Notes under the pieces: generated by a model
The model's database searches: none
Seen by the model: the letters and a program-made list of their open reading frames with translations, nothing else
What the model was told of the DNA's origin: nothing
Position numbers and translations under genes: made by a program
Source of the DNA: Sandarakinorhabdus sp.
Lineage (GTDB): Bacteria > Pseudomonadota > Alphaproteobacteria > Sphingomonadales > Sphingomonadaceae
Assembly (NCBI RefSeq): GCF_051860625.1
Contig: NZ_JBHYDQ010000016.1
Location: 4,156-68,155 of the forward strand
Length of the DNA stretch: 64,000 bases
Direction of reading: 5' to 3'
In this document: positions 38,603 through 45,104 of the stretch, one piece after another
How positions within the stretch are numbered: position 1 is the first letter of the stretch
Layout: each line of letters starts with the position of its first letter

Positions 38603-41319
38603 TGGCTATTCGTGTCGCAACGCAGGGCGCAACGCAGTTGCAGTTGCCGGCCGGGATCACCAAGCCGGCCAATTTCCTGACCGGGCGCAGCATCGGCGGT
38701 GCTGACGGGCAGATCATGGGCTATTGGCAGGCGTTCATGGTCCGCCTGCCCAACAGCGGGTGGCAGACCGGCAATTTCCGCCGCTTCCTGCTGGGCGGTG
38801 CCGTCTATGGCGCGACGCCCGGCCTGATCACCGAAGCAACCACTGGCACCAGTGTTGGTGTGAATGGCGTCTGGCTGGGGCAGGACAACACCGAAAGCGC
38901 CAACCTGTCGGGTGCTGCGCTGCGTCTGCGCCCGCGCGTGCTGTGGCGCGGCAATGATCAGTTGCTGGGCTATGCCTGGCCCTATGCGGCGGCCAGCATC
39001 AACGAAACCGACTTCACCAATCTGACCCAGCTTACCACGGGTGCCGCCTGGCTCATGCTGTCGGGTGTCACCAACACCGCCGCGCAGGGCGACACGCCGG
39101 TGTGGCGCGGTTGGGCGGCCAACTGCCTGATCGGGCCGGATGGTGTCGTGTCGAGCGATATCACCAGCACCGGGCCACAGAACAACACCTGGCTGGAGGC
39201 CACGACCGGTTCCGTGCTGATGCGGCAGGTGTTTCTGGCTCAGGCCAGCGGCGGCAGCATCGCGCTGAACAGCATCGTCGGCACTGAGATCGAGCATATC
39301 GCGCTGTGCCAGGGCGATTTCCCGTGGAATACGGCGACCGACCGTCCGCACCACGATGCCATTGCCGCCCTGGCCGGCGTGACCGGTGCGACTCCGCTCA
39401 ACTATGCCGGCCTGGTGGCCGCGCAGAACGCCGGCAGCTTGCCTTATGCCAATTGCCGGCAGGGCAAGGGTGATCTGACCCACCATTGGCCGCTGGCCGA
39501 TCTGACCCCGGCGGGCCTGACCAGCACCGGCAGCGCCACGCCTGCGACCTTCGAACAGGTGAACTACAACAGCCTGTCGAACGGGCTGGCGGCTGAAGCG
39601 ACTCTGGCCCCGCTGCACTGGCAGGGCGGTGCCCCGGCAATCACGGCGCCTGCTGTCAAGTTTCAGGGCGGGCGCGGGACATTGCCATTCACCATCGGTG
39701 GCACCTATCAGGCCGGCACCACCGCGCTGGAGCGGCGCTGGGAAGTGGAAGCCACCGGCAACGCTGTGCCCGGCTTTGATTGGGAAGCCGTGGACGTGAT
39801 CGGCAGCGGCACCTGGCAGACCACCGACACGCTGCCGATCGGCGGCCCCTACACGCTGCGCGTGCGCGATAGCGCCGATACCGGCCGCGCTGTCGCGATG
39901 ACCGGGATGCTGGTCGGCACCGTCATGCTGGCCCATGGTCAATCCGGCATGGCGCAGGCGCTGCGCACCGGCGACAACGTGCTGGGGATCGCCGTGGATG
40001 CCGGTGCCATCGGCGTGTATCTGACCGCCAGCAACGACGCGGGCGGTGCCAGCTATGTCAAGCCGGTGCCCGTCACCTATGCGATGAACGGCGGCGCCAC
40101 GCCGCCCATCGCCAGCCATGGCAGCATCTTGTTGCTCAACGAGTGGAACGCCCACAACCCCGGCCACCCGCTGCTGATCGCCAACATGGCCATCGGCGGG
40201 CGATCGATGGATGAATGGACCGCCGACAGCGCCTGGGGGCAATGGACCTTCCTGGGCAATGTCGGCGAACCGGGCGTGGCCGGGCCGGATGGTGTTGGCC
40301 ACACCGGGCATTTTGCCTGGATGATGCGCGGCTATACCGATTGCCACGCGATCATGTGGACGCCGGGCATGTCGAGCGTGCAGGCCACCCGCAACGCCTA
40401 TGCCGCCGCCATCGATGCTCGATTCGATGCCAGCCCGAACGCGCCGTGGCTGGTGATGCCGCCGTGGCGGGGCCACCGCAGCGCGCCGGAAAACTCGGCG
40501 ACGGTGGGCAAGCGTGCGCAGCATGTCGATTTCGTCGCCGAACGCGGGGTCCGCGGCATCCTTGGTCCCTATTGGCCGGATATCGTGATGGACGGCAACC
40601 CGCAGCCGGCCGACACCACCGCGCAAGGCAGCCTGCACAGCGCCTATCACAGCGACGCCTCTGCCGGTGGCGGCGGCAGCCCGGTAAGCGATCAGAACCA
40701 GGTCGGCCAGGGCCGGCTTGGGCGCGGTATCGGCCGGGCGCTGGCGTGGGCGTTTGACCGCACGGTGAAGGCCATCGGCCCGCGCGTGGTCGGCGCCTGG
40801 TTCCGCGATGCCGGCCGCACGGTGATCGAGGTCGAGATTGGCCGCGCGGTGCGCACATTGAACGGCGCGGCGATCAGCGAGCAGTTCTGGGTGAGCAGCG
40901 ACGGCGGCACCAATTTCATCAAGACGGGTTTCACAGTGGCACTGGATGCCACCGGCGCCCGTGCGGTGCTGACCAGCACGGGCGGGGCATGGCCGGAAAC
41001 GACGACTCGCGTGGATTACGCCCGCGCCTGGCCGTTCGGCCCGGCCGACGGCGATCTGGATGAGACCCTGACCGAACGCAAGCTGGATGGGCTGTTGTAT
41101 GACGATCAGGTGTATCGCGGCGGCGTGAACCTGGCGACGCCGGCCGGCAATCCGCTGGCCAGCGCGAACGGGAACGGCGTGGCGGTGACGGCGCGCGGCG
41201 CAGCGAAGCTGCTGGCCACCGAACGCTGGGCCGGCACGCGCAACGTGACCGTGCGCATGATGGCCGCCGACGGCGTGACGGTGCTTGCCGAAAAGACCCT
41301 GGCCGTAACGGGAAGCTGA
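38602..41319 (+). CDS. large GTA-embedded protein (insert ORF C, 905 aa): LamG-like N-terminus, beta-sandwich, sialate-O-acetylesterase-like (SGNH/SASA) core
   Basis: GQSGM at 39937..39951, AIGGRSMDEW at 40189..40218, AIMWTPGMSS at 40348..40377. C-terminal RVDYARAWPFGP resembles the SASA-family tail. N-terminal IVGTEIEHIALCQG resembles a LamG end motif. All by eye. Confidence 0.7.
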   Translation: MAIRVATQGATQLQLPAGITKPANFLTGRSIGGADGQIMGYWQAFMVRLPNSGWQTGNFRRFLLGGAVYGATPGLITEATTGTSVGVNGVWLGQDNTESANLSGAALRLRPRVLWRGNDQLLGYAWPYAAASINETDFTNLTQLTTGAAWLMLSGVTNTAAQGDTPVWRGWAANCLIGPDGVVSSDITSTGPQNNTWLEATTGSVLMRQVFLAQASGGSIALNSIVGTEIEHIALCQGDFPWNTATDRPHHDAIAALAGVTGATPLNYAGLVAAQNAGSLPYANCRQGKGDLTHHWPLADLTPAGLTSTGSATPATFEQVNYNSLSNGLAAEATLAPLHWQGGAPAITAPAVKFQGGRGTLPFTIGGTYQAGTTALERRWEVEATGNAVPGFDWEAVDVIGSGTWQTTDTLPIGGPYTLRVRDSADTGRAVAMTGMLVGTVMLAHGQSGMAQALRTGDNVLGIAVDAGAIGVYLTASNDAGGASYVKPVPVTYAMNGGATPPIASHGSILLLNEWNAHNPGHPLLIANMAIGGRSMDEWTADSAWGQWTFLGNVGEPGVAGPDGVGHTGHFAWMMRGYTDCHAIMWTPGMSSVQATRNAYAAAIDARFDASPNAPWLVMPPWRGHRSAPENSATVGKRAQHVDFVAERGVRGILGPYWPDIVMDGNPQPADTTAQGSLHSAYHSDASAGGGGSPVSDQNQVGQGRLGRGIGRALAWAFDRTVKAIGPRVVGAWFRDAGRTVIEVEIGRAVRTLNGAAISEQFWVSSDGGTNFIKTGFTVALDATGARAVLTSTGGAWPETTTRVDYARAWPFGPADGDLDETLTERKLDGLLYDDQVYRGGVNLATPAGNPLASANGNGVAVTARGAAKLLATERWAGTRNVTVRMMAADGVTVLAEKTLAVTGS

Positions 41320-41331
41320 GAGGACAGGCGC

Positions 41332-41520
41332 ATGATCCTGACGCACTTCCTGGTGCTGCTGTCGGCCCCGGCCGTGGTGGCGCCGGTGGCGGTGTTGCCG
41401 CAGCCGGCGACGCTGCCGATCGGCGACGCCGGCGCGGTGGTCGTGGTGCCGCGCGCCCTGGCATTGCTGCCGGCGTTGGCGGTGCGGGCGGTGCCGGTGC
41501 TGGCGGTGCGCGGCGACTGA
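41332..41520 (+). CDS. small hydrophobic Pro/Val/Ala-rich protein (insert ORF D, 62 aa)
   Basis: GAGGAC 6 nt upstream. Nearly every codon ends in G/C in this frame. Confidence 0.4.
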   Translation: MILTHFLVLLSAPAVVAPVAVLPQPATLPIGDAGAVVVVPRALALLPALAVRAVPVLAVRGD

Positions 41521-41541
41521 TATTTCATTTTCGGGAGAGGG

Positions 41542-41913
41542 ATGATGGCGCGATTTGCGGGCCAGCCGGTGCTCGATGCCGGGCTGGATGTGCTGGCCAG
41601 TGCCGATCGGTTGCTGGTGCTGGCCGGGGCGCCAGCGGATTTTGCCGCGGCGGTGGCGGCGCCTCTGGCGGAGGCGGTGTTGGCGCCGACGGATTTCGGC
41701 AAGGCGGATGCTGATGGTGGCGGCCGGACGCTGGCGGTGGCGGCGCGCGCCGGGCTGGTGGCGCTGGGTTCGGGCACGGCCGATCATGTCGCGCTGGTGG
41801 ATGGGGCGGGGGAACGGCTGCTCTATGTCACGCCCTGTCCACCGCAGCCGGTGCTGCAAGGCGGAGCCGTGAGCGTGGCGGCGTGGACGGTGACGGCGGC
41901 GGCGCCGGTGTAA
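41542..41913 (+). CDS. hypothetical protein (insert ORF E, 123 aa)
   Basis: GGGAGAGGG RBS. Good coding periodicity. No family recognised. Confidence 0.6.
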   Translation: MMARFAGQPVLDAGLDVLASADRLLVLAGAPADFAAAVAAPLAEAVLAPTDFGKADADGGGRTLAVAARAGLVALGSGTADHVALVDGAGERLLYVTPCPPQPVLQGGAVSVAAWTVTAAAPV

Positions 41914-41940
41914 CGGCAACAGCTGAGGAAGGTGCCCGAC

Positions 41941-42216
41941 ATGACCTTGTTTCTGAAGGATCCCGGCGCGGTGGTGGACCATGTCGTCGATTGGGACGCG
42001 GGCTATCTGAATGGCCGCGCCATCGTCGCTTCGGCGTGGAGTGTGGAGCCCGACGCCGGCCTGACGCTGGCCAATCCGCGCCGGGCGGGCGGGCGCACCG
42101 CGATCAGCCTGGGCGGCGGCACGGCCGGGCAGGTCTGCCGGGTGACCAACCTTGTGACGCTGGACGACGGCAGCCGTGATGAACGCACGTTGCTGGTGCG
42201 GGTGGAGGAGCGGTGA
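41941..42216 (+). CDS. small beta-sandwich protein resembling the phage fiber-tail adaptor family (insert ORF F, 91 aa)
   Basis: ATG 41941 after GAGGAAGG. LKDPGAVVDHVVDWDAGYL ... ISLGGGTAGQVCRVTNLVTLDDGSRDERTLLVRV matches the KDPxxxxDxxxDW ... GG..G ... pattern of that family (from memory). Confidence 0.6.
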   Translation: MTLFLKDPGAVVDHVVDWDAGYLNGRAIVASAWSVEPDAGLTLANPRRAGGRTAISLGGGTAGQVCRVTNLVTLDDGSRDERTLLVRVEER

Positions 42217-42737
42217 TGGTGGAGCTGGAACCGGGGCCGCTGGTGGTGGGCCTATCCGAGTGCAAGGCGGCGCTGCGGCTGGATCGTGATGACGAGGATG
42301 CAGCGATTGCCGGCCATATTCGTGCTGCCATGGGCCTGTGCGAGGCGTTCATCGGCCAGTGGCTGATCGTGCGGGAGGGTGAAAAGGCGCTGGTGGGGGA
42401 TCTGGCCTGGCAGCGGTTGCTGGCCAGCCCATGCGTGGCGATTTCGGGAGTGTTTGTTGGCGGCGATGCGTTGCCGGACGGTGATTGGCAGGGCGATATT
42501 GCCGCCGATGGCACCGGCTGGGTCCGGCTGGTGCGTGTGCCTGATGGCCGGGCAGTGGTGCGGTTTCGCGCCGGGCTGGGTGCCGATTGGAACGGCGTGC
42601 CAGAGCCGCTGCGCGCCGGGATCGTGCGGCTGGTCAGCCATTTGTTCAGCCATCGCGATGCCGCCGATGCCGGCCCGCCGCCGGCCGCGGTGGCGGCGCT
42701 GTGGCGGCCGTGGCGGCGCATGCGGCTGGGGGGTTGA
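42216..42737 (+). CDS. head-tail connector/adaptor, gp6-like (g6)
   Basis: TGATG overlap with ORF F (a GTG at 42213 is also possible). LSECKAALRLDRDDEDAAIAGHIRAAMGLCEAFIG is typical of the gp6-like family. Confidence 0.8.
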   Translation: MVELEPGPLVVGLSECKAALRLDRDDEDAAIAGHIRAAMGLCEAFIGQWLIVREGEKALVGDLAWQRLLASPCVAISGVFVGGDALPDGDWQGDIAADGTGWVRLVRVPDGRAVVRFRAGLGADWNGVPEPLRAGIVRLVSHLFSHRDAADAGPPPAAVAALWRPWRRMRLGG

Positions 42738-42739
42738 GC

Positions 42740-43069
42740 ATGAGCGAAGTGGCGGGCCGCCTGAGCGAGGCGGTGGTGATCGAGCGCTGGCAGGCGGCGC
42801 GCGATGCGGCTGGCGATGATGTGGGTTCGTGGGTGGTGCTGGGGCGCGCCCATGCCGAATTGCGGCCGGACGGCGCACTGGCGGCGGCGGTGGGCGGCGC
42901 GGCCGCGCGGCAGGTGCGGCGCTGGCGGGTGGTGCTGCGGGATCGCGGCGATCTGGGGCTTGAGGTGCGGCTGCGCTGGCGCGGGGTGGCCCTCGCGGTA
43001 CTGGCGGTGGCCCGCGATCCGGCGGCGCCGGGGCTGGTGACCTTTCTGTGTGAGGGGCGCGGCCCATGA
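42740..43069 (+). CDS. head closure / head-tail adaptor protein (g7)
   Basis: ATG 42740, 2 nt after the g6 stop. RLSEAVVIERWQAARDAAGDDVGSWVVLGRAHAEL pattern. Confidence 0.8.
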   Translation: MSEVAGRLSEAVVIERWQAARDAAGDDVGSWVVLGRAHAELRPDGALAAAVGGAAARQVRRWRVVLRDRGDLGLEVRLRWRGVALAVLAVARDPAAPGLVTFLCEGRGP

Positions 43070-43296
43070 TGGGCGCGGCGCTTGCGGTGCTGCTACGGCG
43101 GCGCGTGGATCGGCTGGCGGCGGCAGCGGTGGCGCGGCTGGGCCGCCAGGTGGCGCAGCGCTGGGAGCGGCAGGGTGTTGTGACGCACAGCGATGACACG
43201 GTGCGGCTGCTGGGGCCGGGGGTGCTGCTGCGGCGGCGGGGCAGCCGGGATGCCTTGGCGGACGCTGATTTGTTGTGGCCGGGAGGTGAAGCATGA
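43066..43296 (+). CDS. extra small ORF between g7 and g8 (76 aa, Arg-rich)
   Basis: ATGA overlaps at both ends. Not part of the RcGTA gene list as I know it. Confidence 0.5.
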   Translation: MMGAALAVLLRRRVDRLAAAAVARLGRQVAQRWERQGVVTHSDDTVRLLGPGVLLRRRGSRDALADADLLWPGGEA

Positions 43297-43676
43297 GCGC
43301 GAGCCTGGCGGTGCAATCCTTGGTGGTAGCGGCACTGGCCGATCTGCCCGGCCTGACCGGCGTGTATGATGGTCCGCCGGCTGACGCGGTGGCGCCCTAT
43401 GCGGTGATTGGGCCGGATCTGGTGACCGATTGGAGCAGCAAGACCGAGACCGGCCATGCCGTGCGCCTGGTGGTGACGATCTGGGATGATCGCCACGGCG
43501 CGGCGCGGCTGCGCGCTCTGCTGGGCGCGGCCGAGGTGCGGCTGCGGGCGTTGGCGGGCGTGCGGGACGGCGCGCGCATCGTGGTGGTGCAGTTGCTGCG
43601 GTCCGGTGTGGGCGCGGCGCAGGATGGCTGGCGGCCGGGGAGCATCGAAATCCGGGTGTTGACGCACGAACAATAG
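43293..43676 (+). CDS. DUF3168 tail terminator-like protein (g8)
   Basis: VYDGPPADAVAPYAVIG...HAVRLVVTIWD pattern. Confidence 0.8.
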   Translation: MSASLAVQSLVVAALADLPGLTGVYDGPPADAVAPYAVIGPDLVTDWSSKTETGHAVRLVVTIWDDRHGAARLRALLGAAEVRLRALAGVRDGARIVVVQLLRSGVGAAQDGWRPGSIEIRVLTHEQ

Positions 43677-43686
43677 GAGCAAGATC

Positions 43687-44094
43687 ATGGCGATGGAAAA
43701 GGGCGCGGCCTTCCTGTTGAAGGTCGGCAATGGCGCGGTGCCGCCGGCGTTCACCACGGTGGCGGGCTTGCGCACCACGCAATTGACGTTGGCCACCGAG
43801 AGCGTGGTGGTGACCAACCAGGGCTCGGGCGGCTGGCGCGAATTGCTGTCTGGGGCGGGGGTGCGGTCGGTGTCGCTGTCGGGATCGGGGGTGTTCACCG
43901 GATCGGCGGCCGAAGCGCGGGTGAAGGCCAGTGCGCTGGCCGGTGTGATCGATGATTATCAGGTGCAGTTCGAAAGCGGCGAGACGATCAGCGGGCGATT
44001 CCAGATCGGCCGGCTGGATTACGCCGGTGATTTCAATGGTGAGCGCACCTACAGCCTGGCGCTGGAGAGCAGCGGGCCGGTGGTGGCGGCATGA
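43687..44094 (+). CDS. major tail (tube) protein, TP901-1 family (g9)
   Basis: AGGAG RBS. GAAFLLKVGNG...FTTVAGLRTTQLTL...YSLALESSG. Confidence 0.9.
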   Translation: MAMEKGAAFLLKVGNGAVPPAFTTVAGLRTTQLTLATESVVVTNQGSGGWRELLSGAGVRSVSLSGSGVFTGSAAEARVKASALAGVIDDYQVQFESGETISGRFQIGRLDYAGDFNGERTYSLALESSGPVVAA

Positions 44095-44390
44095 TGGCCA
44101 ATGCCGTGCGGGGCGAAGCGGAACTGATGATCGGTGGCGAGCGGCTGGTGCTGCGGCCGACGTTCGCAGCGCTGGTGGCGGCCGAGGCCGAGCTGGGGCC
44201 GTTGTTTGCCCTGTGTGAGCGGGCGGCGGCCGGGCAGTTGACGCTGGCCGAGCTGGTCGGCTTGTTCTGGCATTGCCTGGTGGAGCGGCGCGAGCGGGCG
44301 GAATTTGCCGAAGCGCTGGTGGCAGGCGGGCTGGTGCATGCGACGCCGGCGCTGCGCGTGCTGCTGGGCCAGATATTGGCGGGCAAATGA
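44091..44390 (+). CDS. GTA tail assembly chaperone (g10)
   Basis: GEAELMIGGERLVLRPTFAALVAAEAELG pattern. ATGA coupling. Confidence 0.8.
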   Translation: MMANAVRGEAELMIGGERLVLRPTFAALVAAEAELGPLFALCERAAAGQLTLAELVGLFWHCLVERRERAEFAEALVAGGLVHATPALRVLLGQILAGK

Positions 44391-44575
44391 CATTTGCCGA
44401 TGCGGCGCGGCGGGCTGCGCATGTCGCGGCGGCCGTGCTGGGCTGGCGGCCGGGCGAGTTCTGGGCGGCGACGCCCGCGGAGCTGTTGACCGCGCTGGGG
44501 CTGGATACGGCACCGGCCGCGCCGGCCGATGCCGCGAAGCTTGCGGCCTTGATGGAGGCATTTCCCGATGGATGA
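44387..44575 (+). CDS. GTA tail assembly chaperone (g10.1)
   Basis: Internal ATG 44387 of ORF 44273..44575. LGWRPGEFWAATPAELLTAL pattern. Confidence 0.7.
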   Translation: MTFADAARRAAHVAAAVLGWRPGEFWAATPAELLTALGLDTAPAAPADAAKLAALMEAFPDG

Positions 44576-45104
44576 GGTGGACGAGCTGGTGGTGAAGCTG
44601 CGCGCCGACACCGGCGGCTTTCTGGCCGGGGTGGGGGAGGTGCAGCGCACGCTGGATGGCCCGTTGGCGGCCGGGCTGGAGCGGGCAGGCGCGGGGCTCA
44701 GTCGTTCGCTGGGGCGGGCGCTGGCGGATGGCAAATTGGGGTTTGACGATCTGCGGCGCATTGCGGTGTCGGCGCTGGGCGATATCGCGAGCCAGGCGCT
44801 GCGGCTTGATCTGCGGTCGCTGTTCGGTGGCGGTGGCGGCGTGATCGGCGGGCTGCTCGGTTTGCCGGGGCGCGCCACCGGCGGATCGGTGAGCGCCGGG
44901 CGCGCCTATATGGTTGGCGAACGTGGCCCGGAAGTGTTTGTGCCCACTGCGGCGGGGCGGGTGGAGGCCAATGGCGCCGGTGCGCGGCCGGTGAACATCA
45001 CTGTGAATGTTGCGGCGCCGCGCGAGGCCAGCGCGGCGGTGATGCAGCAGACCGGCAACCAGGTGGCGCGCGCCGTCGCCCGCGCGCTGGAGCGGGCGCG
45101 ATGA
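44568..45104 (+). CDS. short tape measure protein (g11)
   Basis: 178 aa. Gly-rich centre, then AYMVGERGPEVFVP motif. Confidence 0.8.
   Translation: MDEVDELVVKLRADTGGFLAGVGEVQRTLDGPLAAGLERAGAGLSRSLGRALADGKLGFDDLRRIAVSALGDIASQALRLDLRSLFGGGGGVIGGLLGLPGRATGGSVSAGRAYMVGERGPEVFVPTAAGRVEANGAGARPVNITVNVAAPREASAAVMQQTGNQVARAVARALERAR

Noticed and set aside
38551-41982. 1143-aa minus-strand ORF opposite the GTA insert
   Set aside because: Same artefact. The plus-strand frame has the G/C third-position bias, RBSs and ATGA coupling. The minus-strand product is low-complexity and rich in R, G, A, P and H.
44380-44392. Programmed -1 frameshift between the chaperone genes g10 and g10.1, as in lambda G/GT
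   Set aside because: The junction reads ggcgggcaaATGAcat. There is no X_XXY_YYZ slippery heptamer. A simple ATGA stop-start overlap explains the arrangement.
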